From Octopus vulgaris (Eukaryota), in NCBI GenBank assembly GCA_951406725.2, contig OX597814.1:79546001-79610000 (forward strand): a stretch of DNA of 64,000 nucleotides, read 5' to 3'. Positions 12,473 through 25,366 of this stretch are shown here, one piece after another (the stretch's first letter is position 1; each line of letters opens with the position of its first letter). The position numbers were made by a program, and so were the translations under genes. The notes beneath the pieces were generated by a model, which saw nothing but the letters and a program-made list of their open reading frames with translations, searched no databases and had not been told where the DNA came from.

Positions 12473-13224
12473 GATCACTGTCTGTTACTCTTTTGGTCTT
12501 GAACTCGTAGAATCCTTAGAGTGTTGGATAAAACGACTTGCATATGTTATTTCCGTTCTTTATGTTCTGAGTTCAAATACCGGCAAGGACCACTCAGATT
12601 TTCATTCTACCGTATCCAATAAAAGTAACATTATCTGTTCCTCTCTTCGCAACTGAAGAAGTTGTAGTTTAACAGAACGACGGACCTGACCGATCTGATC
12701 TATAATCAAAGACATTCCAGCTTTGACCACTCCATATTTTATTCAGAGTCAATTTAGCAATCTATTATCAAACATATCCAATTTGTAAAGACTTTAGGCT
12801 GTAATTTGATGAAAATTTGGCTGCTGCTTCTCGCAGGATCAAGAAGCTGTGTAGAGACATTTATGGCTCAAACTGAAAATGTTTCAAGGGTTATCAGATT
12901 GATGATAGATAGAAAAGAATACCAATCTTTAATCTTTACTTTAACTTGTTTCAATCATTGAAATGCATAGCAGCAGTCCAATGATAGAAACAAGTAAAAG
13001 TAAAGATAAAAAATGTTCCTCATGCTATGTAATGTCCGTCGCTCCTTTATGTTTTTAGTGTGTGTGTGTGTGCAAAAGATCTATTTTTTTGCCAATATAA
13101 CAAGCACAAACCCCACTACTGCGTTTGAATTAAATTTAACAGAAATTACTTTCAATATGTATGGATGCATATTCTGCACTATAATATTGCATTGAAAAGC
13201 ATTTCCCCAGCTCGTTCTAGAATC

Positions 13225-13595
13225 TTTTCTCCTTTACTTGTTTCAATCATTAGACTGTGGCCATGCTGAGGCACCGCCCTGAAGAAGTCTTAGTCGAATG
13301 CATCGACCCTAGGATTTATTTTTTAATCCTGGTACTTATTGTATCGGTTTCTTATGCTGAACCGAACCGCTAAGTTATGGGGACGTAAACACACCAGCAC
13401 TGGTTGTCATGCGATGTGGAGGGAGTAGAGAACAGGCAAAAAGACACACACACGACGAGCTTCTTTCAGTTTCCATTTACCAAATTCACTCACAAGGATT
13501 TGGTCGGTACTTACCCAATGTGCCACACAATGGAACTGAATCGGGAACCGTGTGATTGGGAACCAAGCTTCTTACCTCACAGTCCCGCCTTCGCT
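13225..13595 (-). mobile_element. SINE family B
   Basis: Minus strand runs from the head GTGAGGTAAGAAGCTTG...GTTCCCGATTCAGTTCC to the tail GGCGGTGCCTCAGCATGGCCACAGTCTAATGATTGAAACAAG. Confidence 0.8.
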
Positions 13596-14489
13596 TATAA
13601 TATTGCATTGTAAAACATTTCTAGATCTGTGGTAAGCTCTCAAGAAGCCATATCGGGGACATACTTTTGATTCGAAGTTTCAGAGCGATGTCATTTAATT
13701 CCCTTCCTTGTACTTTTCTCTCAGCACGACGTCAGCAAGATGACGGTGCATCATGAATATTTTGATGAGATCCTGACAAAATTTAACTTTAGTAGGGAAT
13801 ATAGAATGCTTGGAGTTTAGTTCTACAACAACAGCAGCTGTGTGCAGTTGATCTGTAGTTTTCTGTATAATGTGACGCTGAGTTAAGAAAAGGTGGAGAT
13901 GGAAGTGGGATACAGTGAATTTTACCGTTGAATTTCAACAGAAAGGCTCTATTATCAGATATGTTATAGAATAGAACCAAGCAGAAATAGTATCACCATC
14001 GCTACCAGACAATCCCTTTTGAATTTCTTTTGCGCGCTACTAATAGCTTCTTTATATTTCGGTTAATCATAGTGAAGTTAGTCGGAAGGATAAAAAAAAA
14101 ATCAAACTTTTTTTTAATAAATTCAACAGTCATCAAAGTTCGATGCCTCCTCGTTCTCACTTTCAGTGTTCACAATTCAGACTAAAGCGAAATAAATTGC
14201 TCACAGATTAAATTTGTCATGGACACCATCCGCATATTCATTAGACAGTTAGGTAATTGTCCATGAACAAGAAATATTTATTACTTAATATTACTTGTTT
14301 CTTTCTTTCTGCATATATGAATATAATTTAGTTGTTTAATGGGCTAATCATTAAACATGTTTTCACCTATATTACTGTCTGGAGCAAATTGACATTACTA
14401 GAAGCTGTGAATCGAAATTGGGTCGCGGATAAGATGTGTAGTAAACTTACATCATTGCTACAGCGTTTGCTATGTGATTTAAAATTAAT

Positions 14490-14880
14490 TCGTCAGAGAT
14501 TGACAAAGAACAAAGCTCCAGGGTTTGTGGGTTGTGAGTTTAGATCGTGTGAAGAATGTGGAACGGCATACCAGGGAGTATTGTTTAAGTGGACAAGGTG
14601 TAGGCAGCAGACAACCTGTGGCGCTAGGACTAGTTAGGTGGCTTAAAGTACAAGGTTTGCAGGTCAAGCTTTGTGATACAATAGAAAACGCTGAGATCTC
14701 ATCCAACTAACCGGAGAGTGATGACACAGTGACTGCTATGTAAAATCTGATTTCTTTGGGGCTGTGGTGGAGAGTCCAGAGTGTTTGAAGGGTTAGTGTG
14801 TTTAGAATATCTGTGAATGTTAGTCTGTATGTCTGGCGATTTAAAAATCGGGTTTAGTACGGCAATGAAGATCTAGATGA
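14490..14880 (-). pseudogene. Highly decayed LINE (CR1-like) 3' fragment
   Basis: Translation ...CRSTFFTRS resembles the R..FF..R C-terminal motif of CR1 ORF2; weak. Confidence 0.3.
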
Positions 14881-14891
14881 CATGTAATATA

Positions 14892-14962
<71 letters not shown>

Positions 14963-15219
14963 CGTATGTTTAGATACAGGGAATAATTTAAAACGGTACA
15001 AGAAAATGTTGCTGCTATTTACTTATAGAAATGTAAGTCATTTCAACCTGATACATTCTGTCACTCTTAAACAATGCCTACCAGGGTTTGCTCCTATCCT
15101 CGCTAAACTTTCTAATCTTTCTAATCTCTTTTCCCCTTCTCCTTCCCATCCCCCTCTCTCTGCCTTTGTCTGTCAGTGTACCTGTGTGTGTGTGTGTGTG
15201 TGTCTATCTGTCTGTCTGT

Positions 15220-15304
<85 letters not shown>

Positions 15305-15384
15305 CTATCTATCTATCTCGATATATATTCCGTTCTTTGGAAACAATGTAAATAGTTTAGTCACCACTAGCTCTTTCTTTACAA

Positions 15385-15745
15385 AAATCATTTAAGATCC
15401 ACAATGGAATTCTGCCCCCACATCTGGAGCGGTGCTGTTACTTCTCTATTAGATATTCTAGACTGTGTCCAATACACTATAAGACTGCTGATTGGCATGA
15501 GATTGTTCACAAAACCCCTCCAACCGCTGACCCAGGGATTTGCTAGCATTACTCCCCGATTGTTTTATCGCCATTATATTGGCTGCTTCTCCTCAGAGGT
15601 GGGTAGTCTCGTGTTAACATTCACTCAAACACGTCACTTTTTTCAGTACCCATATTTTGTCCAGCCTCTAGATCCATGTTCAATCCTTTCTTCCCCTAGC
15701 CAAGTCGGCGGCTTTCAAGAACTCTCACTCTACGCATGTTTTATC
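15385..15745 (+). pseudogene. Decayed LINE RT C-terminal fragment
   Basis: RSTMEFCPHIWSGA...LDCVQ...RLLIG matches the RP.LEY...W.....L..VQ motif also seen in the LINE at ~3450. Confidence 0.6.
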
Positions 15746-17059
15746 GTCGTTGTAAAGTCAGACGAAATGCCGCTAAGCATTTTGCTTGGTACGCTAGCGG
15801 TTCTGCCAGCTCGCCGTAATGCCAAATAATGTCAGAAATTTAGGTAAAAACTTGAGCTGGAGAGGTCAATCTAGACTGAAATATGTGCTTTTGGATGTTT
15901 AAAACGTTCTACCTTCGAGTTCCTGATGCCATCATCCTTCTCTCTACATTTTTTCGATTTCGTCTTGAATAATTTTACCCGGCGTGTGCTTCCTATACTA
16001 AACAAGATAGTATGAGAATTGCAGTGCATCAGAGGTCAATTACAGTGAATAAATAAATGACCTGACAGATCTTGGCAAACGAAATTGTCTCAAATACTAG
16101 CCTCTCCAACGTTGCCGTCATATCATTTGTACCATATAGAAAATATATTCTATTAACAACGTCCAAACGTGTTATGAAGTTTACAAATCGTCCGAAGTAG
16201 GCTCCCGTATTACATGCTTGTTATAAAAAAAAGCCGTGCTCACAACTCATAACAACATTGCAACACCAGTTTTTTTAAAACTTTCAATTGTTCATTCTTT
16301 ATCCAACTTTTACGCGAAAGAAATCAAAGTATAAAACTAAAAGAAAAAAATTCATAGCATTTGCATAGCACCTGGGAAAATTTCTCCAAAAAATACCAGT
16401 CATACCTATTTCTTTACTACCCACAAGGGCTAAACACAGAGAGGACAACAGGACAAACGGATACATTTAACCAACAACAATCCCCCTACACAGGTGGGGT
16501 ATGATGTGATACTAATACGTTAGACGTGAACTTGGGCACTAATGGTCAAAGCCAAAGCTATTTGAATTATGTAAGTACAATGATGATTTGACATTAATTA
16601 CCACTACTTTTCTTTATAGCTTATCGTTTACTACACTAACACCATGTCTATACACTATAGCTGCCACATTAAGTACTATATGTTATGATATCAGCTGCCA
16701 CTATATCTGTCTATTGACAATAGTTACCACACTAACTACCACGATGGCTATCTATAGACAGTCTATAAATATATATGAAATACTTTTCATCGTAAGTCTC
16801 AAAGTGGTTAAATAACAAAACAACACAATTCCCAAGTATGGTGACCATAGCCGATAGACAGAAATAGCAATAGTTAACGTGTTGGCTAAAATCTGTAGAT
16901 ACAGCACTATTTATTGTAATTAGTATAATGTCAGATATTGTGCTACTTAATATATAAATATATTTGGTCGAATTTGTACGATCTGTATGTGAAGAGTCAA
17001 GAGAGATATATTAAGAAACGGTTCAAAGTTACTTTCTTACTTTCTCTTGGACTTGTTAC

Positions 17060-17580
17060 AATTAAAACTGACTGCACACGCACCACCAACTCCTCGGAAA
17101 ATATGATTTGAACGTGTGAGTTCCGTAGGTCATCCAATGAAGGCGAATTTCAATGTCCATCTTGCACTTCAGCAGTTTGGTAATCATGGGTAAGTGGGAA
17201 ATTTTAGTGGGGTGCAGTCTTTGGGCGGGAAAACTGGGAGATGTTTTAGTTCGTAGTTTGGAGGATTGACGTAAGGAAGATGTAAGGGCATGAAGCTTAC
17301 TAGTTCGGAGGAGCATCAGCCGTTGTAGTAGCGGTATAGATGTAAGGGCAATGAAACGGAATTTATCGGTAACTTGTTATATTGTTTTCGTAATTGAAGT
17401 TTCGGCTGTCAACCAGATATCCAAAGATTTGGATGATGCATAAAGTGCTTCTGTGTGAAGCAGCTGTTCCGACCTGCATATTTGAGCAGTAATGAAATTT
17501 GGGTTGCAAAATCAGGGCTGAAGCATTTTGTGATCCTGAACTGGAAATCAGGTAACTGATATGAAGTGTTGGCAATGTTG
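17060..17580 (-). pseudogene. Decayed LINE 3' fragment
   Basis: THTFKSYFPRS..W resembles the T..FK.SFFPR...W terminus of L2/CR1/jockey-group ORF2. Confidence 0.3.
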
Positions 17581-20500
17581 TAGAAGTGTGGTTATCATGA
17601 AAGAGCTTTACAGACTGAAACGTTTAGTATTTATTTTCTTGTACTCCATCGATTCAACCACCTGCACTCTTATTATAGATCTATGTTTCTAAGTGAAATA
17701 AAATGACTATAACGATTGCTAGTTGTACACATTATACTTCATTTGCTCGCTAATACCCTGGACAGAAAAAAAAGGAAAAGAAAACCATGTATAAAACACA
17801 ATCCAATTTCCACACTTCCCCAATAAATGTAAGGCGTTGTCGTGATGTAATAAATCAATACTTTACTTATTGTTACCATTTGGTCTGAAGAATCAATAAA
17901 ACGATATTGAGTTGTATTTCGAAACCAAAACAGCGATACATTGATCTGTTTTCAATATAGTGTCCATTCAGAATAGTGGGGGAGTTTGACCGAAGTAACA
18001 GAACACGAGAGACTATATGCATTACAGCACTTGGCTTCGTCTGTTTGAGCTCAAAGTTCAAATCCTGATAGAATCGACTTCGTCTTTCATCCCTCAAATG
18101 CTCAATAAAATAAGTAATAATCGATCGTACATATTTTTGACAACCCAAAAACCATGTGTATAGTCTAAAGAAATCAATAGTGTGACAGAGAGTAAAGGGT
18201 GTTGTGGGCGATTGAAGCCTAGCGTCCGGTGTCAATGCCTAGTTATTACTTACCCCGTGTTATTAATTCACATCAAGATATATAGAAATCATAAAATGTA
18301 GTCGAGTGAACCCTTGTCAGAAATATTCAGCCAATACAATGTTATACAAGGGTCAGTGAATGGCCATAATCATATGAGCGATAGTCTTGCAGTTCTAGGT
18401 TCAAATCTCATTCGGTTGACTTTACATCGCTCCGGATACGTATTAGTTATTATTGTTTTTCAACACCAGGTCTGGTATAGTCGAATAAATATATGTTTAT
18501 AGTCTTTCTAGTCATGACCCTCCTGTTTTTGTAGATATTTTACCTCAAATTACATAAACCATAATGTTTTCGCATTTTTAGGAATGTGCTTTGAAATAAA
18601 AAAAAGGCTGCTATTTCTAACAGGCCGAATGACCATGTCGACTTTCTCTTTGGCTAGAATAAATATTAGTAAAGTACTACGATTAAGTAAGTCAGTTATG
18701 CTCATCCACAATAAAATGAGTTTGTACCACTTTGTGAAGAGACTGATATTATGTCATATAGACAGTGCAGTATTTCAAAGTGGGCAGTAGTAATAATGGG
18801 GAAAATAGCGTTGTAGTTGTGATATTTGATAATTTAAGGACACAGCAAATTGTCAGGTTGGTCAGAGCGTTGGTACTTGAAGAAATGTTTCCAGTTGCTT
18901 GCGCTCCAAATTTGAATCCTACTGCGGCTAGCTGTAAGATTCACTCGTACGGGGTAGGTCATTATAGTACTGGCCAATTGCCGGAATCGATTCCTGCCCT
19001 CGTTTCCCTCTCTTCCCAAAATGATGATTGACGATAGAATGCTGCTGAATAAAAAATACTCAAAGATATTGGCAAATCAGTTTTGTATTCCCCCATAAGA
19101 ATTCCATGACAATCACAGGCTGTTTGTCAAAGACGTCACCAGGGTTGAATTAGAGTTCTCTCATTAAGTATGAATTGCAGTAAGATTCCTTGATCGATTG
19201 TTTCTCTTTTATATATTAATATTGGGTCTTAGAAAGAAATTAATATTACAGTGGTGCAAGTTAAGCAAACTTTAATTTTCATCTGATGGTTTCCTTCTGT
19301 CATTGAATTAATATAGACGTCTAATGATTACTTTTCAATAAATGGAGGACTTCATAAAGTGAAAATCATTTCTCTTAAATTATTATTGAAAGTAATTTAG
19401 AAATTACTATGGTCTGCCTTCAGTCGCAAAGAGGCATATATTCGTGATTTCTTAAGTTAGCAGACGATAAGTCACACATTTGAAAACAGTTGTTAGAGTC
19501 GTCTAAATCTTTACCAGGACATAACTGGTGTTTATATTACTGATCCAAGAAGTAGGGAAGTAAAGAGGATTTCAACCGAGGACATAGAAACACCCCCTCA
19601 CACACACATATACTGTTAGAAATTGAGACCAACATTCCGTCGTTACTACTTTTTAATTAATGGGTGGGGGGAAAGAGAGGCATCAATACTAATTCTTTCT
19701 ACTGGAGAGGCATCAATAATAATGATCCGTTGTCGAAGTTAATGAACTTTCGAACGGGTTTCTAGTGAATTAAGTAAACTGAACGCCAATGGTCAGAGTT
19801 GGTGGTCAGTCTCCGATTAGCCAAAATTCGGTCAAACCTGTCTTCCAAAAGCGGGAAGATATATCGAAATAAGAAGCCCTAGATATACAAAACAGAAAAC
19901 AGCAACAAAACAAAATAACATGACGATATCAGGAATACCTTGAATCATACGCCTGCTATTTCAGAAATAACTCGGAGTTAAACAATAACAAGAAACAAGA
20001 AAAATTGCAGGAGAAATCAACAGAAATTCATTATCGGATGTTCTGTGATGTACGGTGTTGAAATATCTTCAAAGAGGAATCGAAATCGGGGCGCAGACTC
20101 AGCTCCCTGGAATCTTATTTTCTTTTCTGTAACACATACAATAACAACAACCCTAAGTGAACGATAACAGCAGCCAGTAGCCAGTAGCAGCAGCAACAGT
20201 AATAATAACAGGACCCTCTATTTGAACAATTTACCCCAGTAAAATTAATACCATTACATATTTGTAATATCTTCAACGTACTGCTCTTACATACACCTAC
20301 GGCAATATGTCCAGCCTTAGCAACGTCACTGCTACCTACATCATCAGTGTAGTTTCTTCCACTACCACCACCAACGACAATAAATAGTTTCACCACTAAT
20401 ACCAACACCAACGCCAACACCACCGACGACGATAATAGTAATATCTGCTTCTACATCTGCAGCACTTCCACTGAAACACAAAAGCAATGACCAGAAGATA

Positions 20501-21701
20501 TTAATAATAAACATCTACATTCACACAACGCTGACACAATGTCACAAGTAAATGAGAATCCTGTTTAATTTTCGCCGTTAGTAAATAACATCCCTTAACC
20601 CAGTTGAAGCTATCGTCTGGCCATCTTTTGTTTTCTAAATTAGCTCTCGAGAATTCCTAGACGATGCTTTATTAGACACGAGCTAACTTGTGTAACATTG
20701 TGTGAAATACATGTATCGTTTTAATTAACGATCGGACTGACAATAGAACATGGGCCGGATATAGTAACCTGCAGCGGAGTAAATCACCGTTAGTTTCTCA
20801 CTATTAAACTTAGTTTTGGTTGAAGCCCTCAAACCAAACATGTTCACACGACATGGTAATTCATGTTGCTTGCAGGCGCCATTTTAATATAAAGTGTTCT
20901 GTTGTATACTTTGTTATCGCGATAGATATAAATACATTCATGAAATACGCAAAGGATTCATTCATTGTAGAGAATGAAAATGTACTTATAGTGAAAGGCT
21001 AGCTTCTCCTATTATCATATAAATTAATAAATCAATGTTTTCGTCAAAGAAAACCTGTAAATTGGTGCTTTCGAACGGAAATACGTTGTATGATTCTGAT
21101 AGTTGTATCTGACTTGAAAAGATGACCCCTTGTTATTTTTACAATCGTAAATTCTGTACCCAGTGAATGACCCCTTGGAAAACTGTAACCGACGAGAGTA
21201 TATTTACATACACATATATGCATTTACACATCTATATATCTACATATACACATGTATATATGTATATATATATATTATATGTATGTATGTATGTACGTAT
21301 GTATATATGTAAGTGTCTGTATGTTTATATACACACACACACATATACATAATGAATGAGATAGTCCAGCAAATGTCATAAAATATCGTAAGGAATACGC
21401 AATATTTAAGAATAGAATTAAGTTTTTCAATAAGAAAATCACTCAAAACATCTTACTCTGACTTTCAGATAAACTCTAGAGATACTACGTATAGAATTGA
21501 ATCAAATCTATACTAACACCGAGCTTAAAATTGTCCAACATATCTCAAAACCTGATCTCGATAACTCCACGTTATACATACATATATAGGAACATACACG
21601 CACACACACATATAAGTACATACAGAGCATGTGTATGTACGTACGCATGTATGCCAAAACATACGTTTATATATGTGTACATGTGATATTGTATAATATA
21701 A

Positions 21702-21918
21702 TCCTTTCTATTATAGGCACAAGGCCTGAAATCTTGGAGGAGGATGCCAGTCGATTAGATCGACCCCAGTACGCAACTGGTACTTAATCTATCGACCCCG
21801 AAAGGATGAAAGGCAAAGTCGATCTCGGTGGAATTTGAACTCAGAACATAAGGACAGACAAAATGCCGTAAAGCATTTAGCCCGGCGTGCTAATGATTCT
21901 GCTAGCTCGCTGCCTTAA
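21702..21918 (-). mobile_element. SINE family A, near full length
   Basis: Minus strand: AAGGCAGCGAGCTAGCAGAATCATTAGCACG (A box)...GAGTTCAAATT (B box)...GCCTTTCATCCTTTCGGGGTCGAT...GGCCTTGTGCCTATAATAGAAAGG. Confidence 0.88.
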
Positions 21919-21947
21919 TATTGTATGATACAGTATGATATTATATA

Positions 21948-21987
<40 letters not shown>

Positions 21988-21998
21988 CATTCTATATT

Positions 21999-23012
21999 CT
22001 AAAAGGTATCATTCTATATTCTGGGAATGCAATCTGTTGTCGATGCAGTGTGCATCTACGCCTGAGTGATAGTCCCGTGGAACCCACGTAGTCTTGGTGG
22101 CAGCCCGAGCATTTAATGACATAAATTATGTTTTCAGAGGCACAAGTAAAGTTAGATTTGATCTTGAATTTCTGTCCCTCTTTAAAGAAGAATTCTGATC
22201 CTTCCAATAGGTTAGGACATGTTGCACAGTTCGATCTACCACATTTTTTTTACTTTTGCATCCGTAATTTTAGAAGACAATTTTGCCTTTGTGAGAATCT
22301 TTTTAAGTGATTTAGGCTGTTTATAGCTTTTAATGATTTGGTGTATGTTTAGAATTTCCTTTAATTTTGGGTTTTTATGAAGTATTGGTAAATTCTGGGT
22401 GATGATGGTGAAGGCTTCTTTGTTTCTGGGGTTGTATGTAGATATGTAAGGTAGTATTTTCGGGGAAGGTGTGTTGTTGTGTTGAACTTTTCTTAAAGTT
22501 TCTATGTTGATTTCTGTTGCACGTCTGATCCCATCCTCTATGAGTTGAGCTGGGTAATGTCTGTCAATTAGGGTGTTTTTGAGTTCTTGCAGTCTAAAGT
22601 TCCTGGTATTTTGTTCTGACACTATTGTGCATATCCTTCTTGCAAGGTTGAAGGGGATGTTTGTTTTAGTGTGTCTTGGGTGGCATGAATTAAAAAGAAG
22701 GTATTGTTTGGCGTCTGTGGCTTTGTAAAAAATGTCTGTTTCTATTTTAAGGTTAATTTTTTTAATTAGTATATCCAAGAACGGGAGCTCCTTTTGGTTG
22801 TATTCCATTGTGAACTGTATATTTGGGTTTATGCTGTTCAATAGGTTTTTAAATTTTAGGAGTTTATCTATGTTTTCATTCCAGAGAATGAAACAATCGT
22901 CTAGGAATCGTTTCCAATTCTCTTTTATGTATTGAGAGAGGGAGTTTCCAAAGATTGATAGAGATTCCTGGTAAATGATTATTTCCATGTATCCCATTGT
23001 TAAGTTCGCAAA
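21999..23012 (-). pseudogene. Penelope ORF fragment: RT C-terminal half, linker and partial GIY-YIG
   Basis: FANLTMGY, WKRFLDDCF, IQFTME, LPFLD, SCHPRH, then NIIYVIKC..C..YVGST; one frameshift in an A-run at ~22245. Confidence 0.9.
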
Positions 23013-23757
23013 CCCTAATTGACAGACATTACCCAGCTCAACTCATAGAGGATGGGATCAGACGTGCAACAGAAATCAACATAGAAACTTTAAGAAAAGT
23101 TCAACACAACAACACACCTTCCCCGAAAATACTACCTTACATATCTACATACAACCCCAGAAACAAAGAAGCCTTCACCATCATCACCCGGAATTTACCA
23201 ATACTTCATAAAAACCCAAAATTAAAGGAAATTCTAAACATACACCAAATCATTAAAAGCTACAAACAGCCTAAATCACTTAAAAAGATTCTCACAAAGG
23301 CAAAATTGTCTTCTAAAATTACGGATGCAAAAGTAAAAAAATGTGGTAGATCGAACTGTGCAACATGTCCTAACCTATTGGAAGGATCAAAATTCTTCTT
23401 TAAAGAGGGACAGAAATTCAAGATCAAATCTAACTTTACTTGTGCCTCTGAAAACATAATTTATGTCATTAAATGCTCGGCTGCCACCAAGACTACGTGG
23501 GTTCCACGGGACTATCACTCAGGCGTAGATGCACACTGCATCGACAACAGATTGCATTCCCAGAATATAGAATGATACCTTTTAGTGAGCACATTGAGAA
23601 ATGCGCAAAGCAACTACTGCCACAATTTTTAATCTTCCCATTTTACCAATGTGCTTTCGGATCATCAACACAAATGAGACTGAACAAGGAAACATTCTTC
23701 ATTGAAAAGTACAAACCCAGACTCAACCATCCGAACATACTGACACAGAGAAATTAA
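23012..23757 (+). pseudogene. Penelope ORF 3' fragment: linker with CxxxxCxxC and complete GIY-YIG endonuclease
   Basis: KCGRSNCATC, NIIYVIKC, YVGSTG..LRRR...H, RLNKETFFI....PRLN; one frameshift at ~23480 (GG versus GGG in the other copy). Confidence 0.9.
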
Positions 23758-24103
23758 CAAGGGAAAGGAAAAAAATTTTTAAGCGATTATCTCCCTTACA
23801 CCGGAAGAAATCACTCACTACCTCCCCTTATTTAGAAATCTCCTGAAAATAAACACAACGATAACTCCATGCAATATAAACATAACGTCACAAGAAATTT
23901 GAAAAGCTACACGCGAAACCGGTAATTTCTTTAAAAATTTTAAATATATATATATATATATAATAGAAATATTAAAATTTTTCCAATATTCTCCAGACAT
24001 TTTGACACAAATATATATATTTTTTATACATTTATATATATATATATTTTTCACACTTTATATATATTTCTTATATATTCACCCACGTGCTATATATAAA
24101 CAA

Positions 24104-24186
<83 letters not shown>

Positions 24187-24191
<5 letters not shown>

Positions 24192-24811
24192 ACAAGATAA
24201 GGGCAGAAGAAAATTTTTTGTTTCGGCGTATCTGGCATTAGAATTTTTCTTCTGCCGTTATCTTGTAAATTATGGATAAATTTTACCCTTAAAGGCATTT
24301 TTTGATATGCTGGGCATTGATAAAAAATTTTTCCCGAAAAAATTTTTATCCTATATCAATTATAAATAGATTAGTGTTCACTTCCGGATTCTATCACTCT
24401 GTGAAAGTTTCTAGTTCGAATCACACGTGTCTCGAGGTGCGCTGAAGATTTTTCTATTTGGATATATTTGGGGTACTTAAGTCTGCTCGGGACTTGGTGC
24501 TTGCTTCTTCCGTGGGTATGATTAAGTATTTCATTTATATCTCGCATATGTGCCGCTGAAGAGGGGAAAATTTCTTGTGAATTAACCCCGAAATTGGACC
24601 AATACGGTAATGACAAATTTTCTAGAGATTTCTATCGGTTTGTTTCGAGACGCATAAATTTAATGGTTATCAACAATTTTTTGTTTCGGCGTATCTGGCA
24701 TTAGAATTTTTCTTCTGCCCTTATCTTGTAAATTATGTATAACTTTTACCTTTAAAGGCATTTTTTGATATGCAGACCATTGATAAGAATTTTATCCTAT
24801 ATCAATTATAT
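24187..24811 (+). mobile_element. pLTR/retrozyme-like non-coding cassette: terminal direct repeats, short 5' inversion and hammerhead
   Basis: 24212-24365 is repeated at 24675-24811 (period ~463); 24187-24215 is the reverse complement of part of that repeat; hammerhead at 24551-24609. Confidence 0.7.
24551..24609 (+). ncRNA. Type I hammerhead ribozyme (minimal, complete core)
   Basis: TGCCG-CTGAAGA-GGGG...CCCC-GAAA-TTGGACCAA-TA-CGGTA; stem I TGCCG/CGGTA, stem II GGGG/CCCC, near-palindromic stem III ATTGG-A-CCAAT; predicted cleavage after 24604. Confidence 0.88.
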
Positions 24812-25009
24812 AGGCTGACCTCCCTTATCGAAGGTTATAATGGATACAGATCGTGTATCAATAGCTATCTTAAGGCGGTGGCCTCATGGAGCTGACCAGC
24901 GGCAGCGATTATTCTTATATCTATAAGAATGCCATATTAATATGGCGATAACAATTAATTTCCAGTAAACGCTGTCGTAATCTCTTTTATAGAGACTTAG
25001 TAATTTTAA

Positions 25010-25055
<46 letters not shown>

Positions 25056-25057
<2 letters not shown>

Positions 25058-25309
25058 TCGTAGCAGTGGCTGTGTGGTAAGTAGCTTGCTTACCAACCAC
25101 ATGTGTGTGTTTGTGTGTCTGTGTTTGCCCCCCTCCCCAACATCGCTTGACAACCGATGCTGGTGTGTTTACGTCCCCGTAACTTAGCGGTTCGACAAAA
25201 GAGACCGATAGAGTAAGTACTAGGCTTACAAAGAATAAGTGTTGAGGTCGATTTGCTCGACTAAAGGCGGTACTCCAGCATGGCCACAGTGACTGAAACA
25301 AGTAAAAGA

Positions 25310-25312
<3 letters not shown>
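25056..25312 (+). mobile_element. SINE family B, internally deleted
   Basis: Head GTGGCTGTGTGGTAAGTAGCTTGC joined directly to the 3' half; tail GGCGGTACTCCAGCATGGCCACAGTGACTGAAACAAG. Confidence 0.85.

Positions 25313-25366
<54 letters not shown>

Larger units (their letters stand above)
21981..24110. mobile_element. Penelope-like element (RT + GIY-YIG), 5'-truncated with inverted duplication, bounded by (TA)n
   Basis: PLE-type RT motifs on the minus strand and a GIY-YIG domain on both strands; (TA)n at ~21941-21980 and ~24108-24187. Confidence 0.9.
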
